Positions 11,225-19,243 of a DNA stretch of 64,000 nucleotides are shown piece after piece. Position 1 is the first letter of the stretch; every line of letters starts with the position of its first letter. The notes under the pieces were generated by a model that saw only the letters and a program-made list of their open reading frames with translations, was not told the DNA's origin and searched no databases. The stretch lies in the IMG/VR virus record IMGVR_UViG_3300011741_000001, positions 62,001 through 126,000 of that record; one strand, 5' to 3'. The stretch comes from an uncultured virus (IMG/VR IMGVR_UViG_3300011741_000001) (lineage: Duplodnaviria > Heunggongvirae > Uroviricota > Caudoviricetes). Position numbers and translations under genes: made by a program.

Positions 11225-11416
11225 TTAGATCTTGCAGCCTTCGCAGTCAGCTTCGTCAGACAGGTCTGCCTGATTCTCTTCTTCTGCGCGCTTTTCAGCC
11301 ACACGGCTTTCCGCTTCATCCAGACCCGGCAGCTCGAACTCGTCTTCGCGGTTCTCAGCTACTTGCTGGTCGTGGTGGTCGATAACGGATTGCAGTGCAG
11401 ATTCTTTCTGAGACAT
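11225..11416 (-). CDS. 63-aa acidic peptide ending in a ribonucleotide-reductase-like CxxC tail
   Basis: ATG at 11416 with AGGA RBS; ends ...DLSDEADCEGCKI*. Confidence 0.7.
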   Translation of the reverse strand: MSQKESALQSVIDHHDQQVAENREDEFELPGLDEAESRVAEKRAEEENQADLSDEADCEGCKI

Positions 11417-11470
11417 GGTTTTGTTTCCTGTGCGTTTAGTGCGTACGATTCTGTACATAAAGACTAAGCC

Positions 11471-11713
11471 CTATGTAAAAAGTTTTAACTTCACTTTTTT
11501 CAGACGATTGACCTCTTCTTCGTGCTCAGCAATCAGCAGGTCGGGTAATATCTTGCTGTAATGCAACAATGCGCTTTGCATCAATATTGAGTCGCTCATC
11601 GTTGGTCGTAGTTCTTTCAGCGCTTCCATTTGCTCGTTGGAGAAAACTTCCGATCTCCCCATGTCTACTTTCTTAGCCAGACGCATTGTGTAACCACGCC
11701 GAGTTTTCGCCAT
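11471..11713 (-). CDS. Hypothetical protein, possibly small DNA-binding (RHH-like)
   Basis: 80 aa; strand-helix-helix pattern VFSNEQMEALKEL...SILMQSALLHY. Confidence 0.45.
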   Translation of the reverse strand: MAKTRRGYTMRLAKKVDMGRSEVFSNEQMEALKELRPTMSDSILMQSALLHYSKILPDLLIAEHEEEVNRLKKVKLKLFT

Positions 11714-12040
11714 TTAAAAGCTCCACTTCACCCCAACCGAAACTGCACTCTCTGCAGTCCCGTGCTGAGGCTCATTGCGGGAGACGGCCGCGGTAATCTC
11801 CACGTCATCAGACACGTGAATGTGTGCCCCAACTTCAACATGGGTACTCAGCGCAATCTCCCCGTTCTTTAACTTCGCGACTTCAGCCACATCTGCGTAC
11901 GGGTCGACCATTCCGGTGGTGCCTTGGAAGTACAGACCCAGTTTTGCATTGGCTTCATCCCCAATACCCGCACTGACGTACGGTGAGGCTGTCACGTCAC
12001 CCAACTCAATCGGTTGGTCTATCTTCAGTTCCTTTGCCAT
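11714..12040 (-). CDS. Beta-strand protein resembling the C-terminal part of an outer-membrane/autotransporter barrel
   Basis: 108 aa; alternating amphipathic strands; ends VSVGVKWSF; GAGG RBS; no signal peptide. Confidence 0.55.
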   Translation of the reverse strand: MAKELKIDQPIELGDVTASPYVSAGIGDEANAKLGLYFQGTTGMVDPYADVAEVAKLKNGEIALSTHVEVGAHIHVSDDVEITAAVSRNEPQHGTAESAVSVGVKWSF

Positions 12041-12079
12041 GTTACCCTCGCGTTGGTTGGATTACATAGGCAAAGACCG

Positions 12080-13948
12080 CTAGATAGCCACCGGTGCTTT
12101 GATAGCGTCGTGCGGGTCGTAGCCGACAATCTCAAAATCATCGAACTGGTAGTCGAAGATAGAGTCCGGTTTACGTTTGATTTTCAGCTTCGGCATGGGG
12201 CGTGGGTCACGGGACAACTGCGTACGTGCCTGTTCGATGTGATTCGAATACAGATGCACATCCCCACCTGTCCAGACGAACTCTTCCGCCACCATGTTCA
12301 CCTGCTGCGCAACCATCTCCGTCAGCAACGCGTAAGAGGCGATGTTAAACGGCACCCCCAAGAACACGTCGGCGCTCAATATGTTCAGGTGTGGTCGTTA
12401 ATCACACCCCGCGCCATTACGCGCAGCTGCATGTCGCCATGCAGATCAGACTATATCACCATCTGCGAAACTACTGCGCAGATGCTCTCCCATTTCGAGG
12501 ACACTTGTCCCCTACGAACAATCACGTTCTAGTCGTTGAACTTCAAACCTTGAATTTAAAAGTCCAACCGTTGTGACTACTACCAGCCCCACGCAAACAT
12601 CTGCTTATCGCCGTCTGCAATAAGTTGTGTTCGGCGGCAAAAGCCGACTGGTTATTAGATTCGTAGACAGCCCCATCAGGAGATGTTGCTACAAACGTGG
12701 CCATTTGGTTGGGTTTGAATGTGTTACTTTCTGTCACAGTCAAGAAACAGCATTATTTCAGGAGAATAAATTTTGTTTCCTGAAATAATGCTATCTTTAT
12801 CAAGATACAGAGAGCCCGCCAGTAGTGCATTCCTGTTATAACCGGGGAGTCTCTGACAATCACTAATGAAGTTCTCTTTATCTTTCCATCGTGGACAAAC
12901 TGAAACGCCACCACCGCCGTAATTAGAATTATCTACGTCAGAACATCTTGAAATCATATTGTACCAACGCTTAGATAAGTTTCTTCTTACTTCGATGTCA
13001 TCAAACTTTGCTTTTGACATTTTTCTATCCTATATTTGTTAGAATTCAATAGGATAAAATATATTTCAAGGAGTTTTAGATGCTGATTAACCATGAATCG
13101 TTTAATTTTTTAGCATTCACGCCCACCGTTACCGGTCACGTTGTAGCTTAAACGACGTTAAGGCATCCCAGCAATTAGGGAGTGTTTTTCGACTAGGGTC
13201 ACCCCTAGAAGGCGCAGCTTAGTTTACGCTGATACAACTGGCAACTCAGGCCACGGCGAGGAATATTCAAATCGTCAAGTTCGCCGTGCAACTGCTCTTG
13301 ATGTTTCTCGTTAAGATTCTGATAATACCCGCCCGTGTCCTTTAGGTTGGCAAACTGCCCACGCTCTTCTAACGTCAACTCACGGGTGTAGAATTGGAAG
13401 AACGCATGGCACGGCGCTAACGCCATATCGTCCAACTCACCCACGTTCCACGCACTGACAATGATACGACGATTATCAGGATCGTTTTTCAGTTGATCGA
13501 TAACCTTGGAAATCTGGTCAATGGCGTTTGTGTAAAGCCAAAAATACTCACCGTCGAGGCTGATCATCTCGCGTTCAGCATAGCCCGCCTTTTCAGCCGC
13601 GGCACGTTTTTCATCATCATCAATCGAAATGAGTTTGTTTGAATTCCACTCGCGCCACTGCTTGCCGTAGACTGGCCCTAAGTCCCCGTTCTCATCTGCC
13701 CACTCGTCCCAGATGGACACGTTGTTGTCTTTCAAATACTGGATGTTGGTCTCCCCTTTGAGGAACCACAGCAGTTCATGAATGATAGAACGCAGATGAC
13801 ACTTCTTGGTGGTGACCAGCGGGAAACCTTCGGTCAGGTCAAAGCGCATCTGCGCGCCGAACATTGAACGGGTACCGGTGCCGGTACGGTCTTTCTTTTC
13901 ACGTCCGTAGAAGAACACGTTCTGTAACAGATTAAGATATTGCTGCAT
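12080..13948 (-). CDS. thyA: Thymidylate synthase, two exons (13948-13226 and 12376-12080; 339 aa spliced)
   Basis: Exon 1: [34 protein letters not shown]. Exon 2: [20 protein letters not shown]. Joining restores YQR|SAD in frame. Confidence 0.97.
12377..13225 (-). mobile_element. Group I self-splicing intron (probably subgroup IA2), 849 nt
   Basis: Exon ends in U and intron ends in G. P AAUUGCUGGGA (13166-13176), Q AAUCAGCA (13081-13088), R GUUCAACGACUAG (12529-12541), S GAUAUAGUCU (12448-12457). P2, P7.1/7.2, P8, P9, P9.1 and P9.2 stems can be paired by eye. Confidence 0.93.
12543..13020 (-). pseudogene. Intron-encoded HNH homing endonuclease, frameshifted near 12753-12756
   Basis: [32 protein letters not shown] continues in another frame as CCFLT..ESN..FAAEHNL..ISRCLRG..HNGWTF. 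Visibly AT-rich. Confidence 0.8.
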
Positions 13949-14523
13949 TATTTAGTACCCGTTGCTGTTTTAACAAACTGACCGAATTCGTTCATCACCC
14001 CTTGGGTGGTCACGAGTTTATTCACCGCGTTCAACACGGTGCGTGTGACAATCAACCCTTTCCCCGTGGCAATCGCCAGCAGTAACGCTAACGTTTCCGC
14101 CATCTTGGAATAATAGATGATGTCCTGCTGTTGACGTTCGTGCTCGTTATCGAGCAACGCTTCAAACAACGCCGTCATTTCTTTGTTGTGCTGGAACAAC
14201 AGCGTGTGGTAGTCGTGGCCGTAGTTCTTTGAGTTACGTTGACCCCCGATCGCTTTGTCCAACACCGGCAATGCAATCTCTTCGACCGGCACTTTCGTGA
14301 GGTTAGCGTAAAAGCCGAGCACACCGACCAGGGTGGTGACCGCGTTACCCACACCCACTGCAACCGTCAGGGAATCCCATTTCTGAATTCCTTCGGCGAC
14401 GGTGCCGAGCATGCGGTAGTATTTGGTGATTTGCTGTTGAAGGGAACCGTGCTGGTAAATGAGGTGTTCTTCATTCCACTGGTGCACGTCTTTGATAACC
14501 TGAATCGGATCGAGCGTCGACAT
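13948..14523 (-). CDS. Degenerate MazG-like paralogue lacking catalytic acidic residues
   Basis: Aligns by eye with 9757-10692: [38 protein letters not shown]-coupled to thyA. Confidence 0.6.
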   Translation of the reverse strand: MSTLDPIQVIKDVHQWNEEHLIYQHGSLQQQITKYYRMLGTVAEGIQKWDSLTVAVGVGNAVTTLVGVLGFYANLTKVPVEEIALPVLDKAIGGQRNSKNYGHDYHTLLFQHNKEMTALFEALLDNEHERQQQDIIYYSKMAETLALLLAIATGKGLIVTRTVLNAVNKLVTTQGVMNEFGQFVKTATGTK

Positions 14524-14524
14524 G

Positions 14525-14935
14525 TTATTCTCCGGTGCAATAAGCCAGTGAGAAACCGATAACGTCTGCGCTGTTGTGCGGAACGTAGGCGATAATCGCG
14601 GCGGAGTTCACATCCAGCCCGACCGGGAGATAGCCCTGCGTCAGTTTACGTTCGGCGACGGCCGAAATGCTCCCCAGCATTCTCCAGCTGTACACGTGGT
14701 TGGCGACATCCCCGTGTTTCAGTAACGTTCTGGCTTGTGCCTGCGAAAGCTTAATCACCCCGCCGTCCACCATCTCTTCGCAGTAGTGGTTCAGCGGCAG
14801 TTCGTTGGTGACCATCAGCGGTACCGGTTTGTGACCTAACAGTTGAAAGAAACGGTTCCACTGTTCGGTACGGGAGTCTGGAATCAGTACGTCATTAAAA
14901 AGCAGGCCGTCTGCTGAGGCGACAAAAGTGTTCAT
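14525..14935 (-). CDS. Hypothetical protein
   Basis: ATG at 14935 with AGGGA RBS; the longer ORF-track start would cross a terminator. Confidence 0.65.
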   Translation of the reverse strand: MNTFVASADGLLFNDVLIPDSRTEQWNRFFQLLGHKPVPLMVTNELPLNHYCEEMVDGGVIKLSQAQARTLLKHGDVANHVYSWRMLGSISAVAERKLTQGYLPVGLDVNSAAIIAYVPHNSADVIGFSLAYCTGE

Positions 14936-14983
14936 GATAATCCCTGATTGATTTGTGTTGTCATACTGGAACACCAATACGTG

Positions 14984-15012
14984 AAAAAAAGAAAAGGGGC
15001 CGAAGCCCCTTT
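14984..15012 (-). terminator. Intrinsic terminator
   Basis: AAGGGG-CTTCGG-CCCCTT plus T-run on minus strand. Confidence 0.8.
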
Positions 15013-15014
15013 GG

Positions 15015-15317
15015 TTAGATAACCGACAGTTGCGTGGTTTCGCAACCGTGTTCAACAATAAAGAACCCCAACGCGTTCGCGACCAACCCCTCTGCCGTAA
15101 ATGGTTTGTCGTCTTGCGCACTGTACGCCACCATCCGATACGGCTGTAATTGTGGCAGGGTAAACACCACCACATGCTCACGGGCTTTCAGAATGTCTTT
15201 TCCAGCTTGTTTCTTCCAATCCAGACAACTGTCGCCGACCGGGGTGAAAGAACTCTTGCGACTCACCGGGTCGACCACTTCAATCCCGTTCATGGTTAAA
15301 TGCACTTCGACTTGCAT
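15015..15317 (-). CDS. Hypothetical protein
   Basis: 100 aa; AGGAG RBS. Confidence 0.7.
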   Translation of the reverse strand: MQVEVHLTMNGIEVVDPVSRKSSFTPVGDSCLDWKKQAGKDILKAREHVVVFTLPQLQPYRMVAYSAQDDKPFTAEGLVANALGFFIVEHGCETTQLSVI

Positions 15318-15376
15318 TTTGATACTCCTGGTGAAATAAAAAGTGAGAACCCCTCACCAGTGGCAAGGGGTGGTTT

Positions 15377-16039
15377 TCAAATGCGGGTTTCGTTATCCCA
15401 GTAGTTACGCAGGAATTCCTGGCTGTCAGCGTCTTTCGGTTTTGACGGCATGGATTCCTCGAAAGCAAACGGGATATAATCCAGTATACTCTCGAGCTGG
15501 AAAGTTTCCACTTCCAACTCCACTTTTACCCAGTCTCCGAACGACGTGCCTTGGCCCGATTGTTCGAACAGCGCCAGCAGTGCTTCTTTGTCAGGGATAC
15601 TTGGGTGGTCGTTGTACACATGGAACACATCGATGTCCCAGTGCTTACCGCCTTTGTTCACTAACTCTTCTGACGCCGGCAGGTGTGCACGACGGAACAG
15701 GTGCGCGGCATTGCCGTCTGCGTAGAATGACAGGCCCGAGGCGTAACCGATTTCCGAATTCTCTTCAATCTTATCCGCCCCGTCAAACACCTTGACCGTC
15801 ATCTCGCAACTGTCAGCTCCCGCTCGGACTCGGCGACGTCCGCCAAGCATCGGCATCAGCACATCGAGGTAACAGGTTGTGGCATGTTCACGCAACCACG
15901 CCCAGCCTTCCTCGGTGGGTTTGACCCACATGCAATACTCACGCTCCCGTTCCACCGAGATGGCCTCTTGGGCCACCTTGATGACTTCTTCTTCCTGCGC
16001 TTTATCAAGGTTTCCCAAGATACTACTTAATCGGCTCAT
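15377..16039 (-). CDS. CYTH-like (triphosphate tunnel) domain protein
   Basis: EREREY, RRRVR..MTVK, KIEENSEI, WDIDVF and VKVELEV pattern. Confidence 0.55.
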   Translation of the reverse strand: MSRLSSILGNLDKAQEEEVIKVAQEAISVEREREYCMWVKPTEEGWAWLREHATTCYLDVLMPMLGGRRRVRAGADSCEMTVKVFDGADKIEENSEIGYASGLSFYADGNAAHLFRRAHLPASEELVNKGGKHWDIDVFHVYNDHPSIPDKEALLALFEQSGQGTSFGDWVKVELEVETFQLESILDYIPFAFEESMPSKPKDADSQEFLRNYWDNETRI

Positions 16040-17072
16040 ATTCGTCTAGCACCTTTTGTTGTAATGCTGCCACGTCAAAGCCGTTACCACACGGGTCAAT
16101 GTTTTCCCCGATCCACTGGCAAATGTTAGGCAACCATTCGGAATGCGGTGGATGCACAATCCCACCTTGTTTCACATAATAGTGCTCCAGCGGGATGTGG
16201 TGTTGTACCAGCTCCGCTAAGAGATTGCCCACACAAATGCCGTTCACCGAGGATTTCAGTTGCCCGAATTTCCCCACCATCGCATGGACAAACGCACGCT
16301 CACACCACGGTGAAAAGGCACCGGGACGATACGCCGTTTTACCGTACACCTGTTGCTTCAGACGACGACCGTACGCAATGGCTTCCGCTCCTGACAGAAA
16401 CGTCAACCGGTACGACCCTTGCTCCAACGAGAACAGTTTGTCCAGCAGGTATTGATCCGCACTCGTGCTGTACGCCAAATCGTGAATACTGTAGAGGTAA
16501 TCCAGCAGTCGCAAAATGTGGTAGTAGCCTTCGAGGGTGGTCATGCTCCCGTGGAGGGTGTGGTACGGTTGGCGGTCTTCCCAGAAGTTGCTCAGCATCT
16601 TACCCAGCTCTAACCGCGAAGCCGAATAGATGTTGAGGTGGTTAATCCCTTCGGTGGCCACACTGATTTCTTTTTGCTCCGACCGGGCGTTGAGATTACG
16701 CAGGTAGCGGATAAATTCAAAACGCTCCTCACCGAACAAGTCGATGCGGATGTCACCCGGATACTTTAAGACGTCGTAACGGGTGGCAGCTTCCGGTCCA
16801 AGCGTCAGACCAAAGCGGTGTGCGATTGCCTGACCATAGGCTGCGTCGTTGCCACGTTGCGTGTAGGCAGCTAAACGTTCAGCAAAGCTCAGGCGTTGGT
16901 CGTACACCGCGGTATTGAGGCCAGTAAGTCGGTCGTGGTACAACCGAGACAGCACTACAGGCACAATGGAGACGTCTACTTTGGCGAGGCCAGAATGAAT
17001 CTGCAATATCAGCAATCTGCGGATATCGTCCTTGGTAGCATCATCGAAGTCTGCGGGTTTAATCATGTTCAT
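16023..17072 (-). CDS. Protein with C-terminal NADAR-like domain
   Basis: GINHLNIYS..LGKMLSNFW..HGSMTTLEGYYH..G.EAIAYGR pattern. Confidence 0.5.
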   Translation of the reverse strand: MNMIKPADFDDATKDDIRRLLILQIHSGLAKVDVSIVPVVLSRLYHDRLTGLNTAVYDQRLSFAERLAAYTQRGNDAAYGQAIAHRFGLTLGPEAATRYDVLKYPGDIRIDLFGEERFEFIRYLRNLNARSEQKEISVATEGINHLNIYSASRLELGKMLSNFWEDRQPYHTLHGSMTTLEGYYHILRLLDYLYSIHDLAYSTSADQYLLDKLFSLEQGSYRLTFLSGAEAIAYGRRLKQQVYGKTAYRPGAFSPWCERAFVHAMVGKFGQLKSSVNGICVGNLLAELVQHHIPLEHYYVKQGGIVHPPHSEWLPNICQWIGENIDPCGNGFDVAALQQKVLDEYEPIK

Positions 17073-17078
17073 TTCCTG

Positions 17079-18398
17079 TTAGGCGACGGAAAAGAATTCG
17101 TTCACAATCGTGTCAGCGCGATCGTAAGACAACGTCCCTGCCGCACACACATAACGACGCTTGTCACTGAGTAACAGTGCCTGAATCGAGTTGGTGTTGC
17201 AGAACGTGTACGGGTACAGTTCTGTGCGCTCGGTTTGGTTTACCACACTGGATTTATCCCAACGGGTGTCAAACAGATTGAACAGGTTCAGTAACCGCGT
17301 ACCGAGGTCTTTGTACGACGTCCCCGTCTCCTGCTGGAGATTCATCAACAGATTCACAATGGTCTCTGCAGAGATACTCGCACGGTCAGCGGCATCGAGT
17401 TTCGCGGCATACGTCTCCACGGTACTCAGATTACCAATGGCTGACGCTTGCAGGGTCAGTTCACGCCACAACGCTTTCTGTGCCACCGGGTCAGTGATGG
17501 CCGTGACCAGTGTTTCCACTTTGGCCGCTTGTGCCCCACCGTAGGTCGCCAGTGACGAGGAGATGCCGTACACCAACGCCGACGACGTCCCGATATCGAG
17601 CGTGGAGAAGGTACTGGTGTACCCGCCCGCATCATCGGTTTTGTTTCGGAAACTGGAGATGAAGTTATCAATCGCCAGATAGTCGTCGAGGTCTTTGAAC
17701 GAGCTGAACGTTTGTTTGGTGTCGTCAATCATCGCCGTGACTTGGTACTTGGCGCTGTTGAAATCATTGACGTAACCGTTTATCTCGGACTGCACCTGTC
17801 CCGGCAGCTTGGCAATTTGCCCGGCCACGTTCATGGTTTGTTCGAGACGGGCTTTCACTGACGCGTAGTCTGTCCCAACAGCAGCCAGACCTTTATCACG
17901 CAGCGACAGTAATGAACTGTAGCCCTCACCTAACAGACTGCTGATTTTACTCGGCTGAAGATAGCCTAGTACCCCTTTGGCGGCAGAGTTCGCCGCCTTG
18001 AACGGTTCGGCCACTTCTCGTTTGAGAGGGTCGAGGCTCGGTAACACTTTGGTCGGGTCAGTCGCAAATCCGGCAATTTTGTTTCCCGGAGATGCTCCGG
18101 ATGCAGCACTGCCAGCGGTCTTAGTCCCGCCTGTACTAGCGATGTCACTACCGCCAAACAGATTGCCGACTTTGGAGAATAATGACGATGCACCTTCGGT
18201 CACCTTGTTGTACGTTTCGCCTGCTTTATCGTAGGCGTTGGTTACAGTATTGATGCCGTCGGTCACACCCTTCTGGACATTCTCGACGGTATTCGTGACA
18301 CGGTTCACCTGCGACTCGACCTGATTCTGCACGTTCGAGGCGGCACTGGTGACTTTGGTGATACGATCGGTCAAACTAAAATCACTCGGATTCATCAC
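17079..18398 (-). CDS. Probable virion structural protein with amphipathic N-terminal repeats
   Basis: 439 aa, Ser/Thr/Ala-rich; repeats such as VTNTVENVQKGVTDGINTVTNAYDK. Confidence 0.55.
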   Translation of the reverse strand: MMNPSDFSLTDRITKVTSAASNVQNQVESQVNRVTNTVENVQKGVTDGINTVTNAYDKAGETYNKVTEGASSLFSKVGNLFGGSDIASTGGTKTAGSAASGASPGNKIAGFATDPTKVLPSLDPLKREVAEPFKAANSAAKGVLGYLQPSKISSLLGEGYSSLLSLRDKGLAAVGTDYASVKARLEQTMNVAGQIAKLPGQVQSEINGYVNDFNSAKYQVTAMIDDTKQTFSSFKDLDDYLAIDNFISSFRNKTDDAGGYTSTFSTLDIGTSSALVYGISSSLATYGGAQAAKVETLVTAITDPVAQKALWRELTLQASAIGNLSTVETYAAKLDAADRASISAETIVNLLMNLQQETGTSYKDLGTRLLNLFNLFDTRWDKSSVVNQTERTELYPYTFCNTNSIQALLLSDKRRYVCAAGTLSYDRADTIVNEFFSVA

Positions 18399-19209
18399 CT
18401 TTACTCCAGAAAGTCAGATCTGCCATGTCGACTTCAAACTCCACCTCGGCTTCAGGACGTCCGGGGACGCTGCACCTGAAAGCACACGTGAGTCGATTGA
18501 TGTCGGCCGCTTTCAAGGCTTCAAGGAATTTCTTCCACGTCAGCTTCTTGGTAAAGCGGATTGCGCCTTGCAGGTTGTGCCGTTTATCGGAACGACGACT
18601 GGCAATTTGCGGGCAGTTCTTCGGGTTATTGACGTAGGCAGCCATCAGTTGACGCCACTTCGCTTCATCTATATCGTACTCAGCGAACAGTTGCCAGAGT
18701 AGCCGTAACAGAATGTGTTGCATGGTCTGTTCAGCGACCTGACGCGGTTTCTGGAAGAACTGACTCAGCGCTTCCGATGCCGACCCCGGTGGGTCTTCAT
18801 TGTCTTCCCCGTTCACCGTTCTCAACAGATCAGCTTGCGGATGGCAAAAACTGCGTACCACGCGTTCCACTTTGAAACGACCGCGGTATGCCTTTAACGA
18901 CACTGACAACGTCTCCACGTCTAATAACACGAGACTCTCAATGAACCGTTTCCACGTAAAGTCAATGCTCAGTCCTTTCACCGAACCACCCGTTAAGGCG
19001 TTCGTGAGACGACCGGCACGTTCTTTCGCCTCTGCCTGCGACCGCCCAACGTAGCGCGGGTCGTTGACATAGTTTGCCAGCTTAGCTTTGAAGTCATCAC
19101 TTGACGGACACAGTTCACGCACCAGATGCCAGTACGCAAGCCGTAGATACACACCCGCTGGAGTATCCTCCGGTGGGCCCTCAAGAATGAGCTTTTTGAT
19201 TTTATCCAT
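18382..19209 (-). CDS. Hypothetical protein with an internally duplicated domain
   Basis: Two copies of L..LW..YVN.P..L..A..TWK.F.E.L. Confidence 0.7.
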   Translation of the reverse strand: MDKIKKLILEGPPEDTPAGVYLRLAYWHLVRELCPSSDDFKAKLANYVNDPRYVGRSQAEAKERAGRLTNALTGGSVKGLSIDFTWKRFIESLVLLDVETLSVSLKAYRGRFKVERVVRSFCHPQADLLRTVNGEDNEDPPGSASEALSQFFQKPRQVAEQTMQHILLRLLWQLFAEYDIDEAKWRQLMAAYVNNPKNCPQIASRRSDKRHNLQGAIRFTKKLTWKKFLEALKAADINRLTCAFRCSVPGRPEAEVEFEVDMADLTFWSKGDESE

Positions 19210-19243
19210 GTTTCACCTTGTTCCAAGGAGTGGATAGCAGATA

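Noticed and set aside
12014..12532. 172-aa plus-strand ORF
   Set aside because: Antisense shadow of thyA exon 2 and the intron core.
12750..12760. Programmed frameshift in the HNH gene
   Set aside because: No recognisable slippery sequence or stimulator, and the shifted frame has TAA at the junction; a simple insertion is more parsimonious.
13205..13225. Apparent premature stop of thyA (KLSCAF*) suggesting a pseudogene or split gene
   Set aside because: These codons are the intron 5' end; splicing restores the frame.
14936..15181. N-terminal extension of ORF 14525-15181
   Set aside because: Overlaps another gene and crosses a terminator; the RBS supports ATG at 14935.
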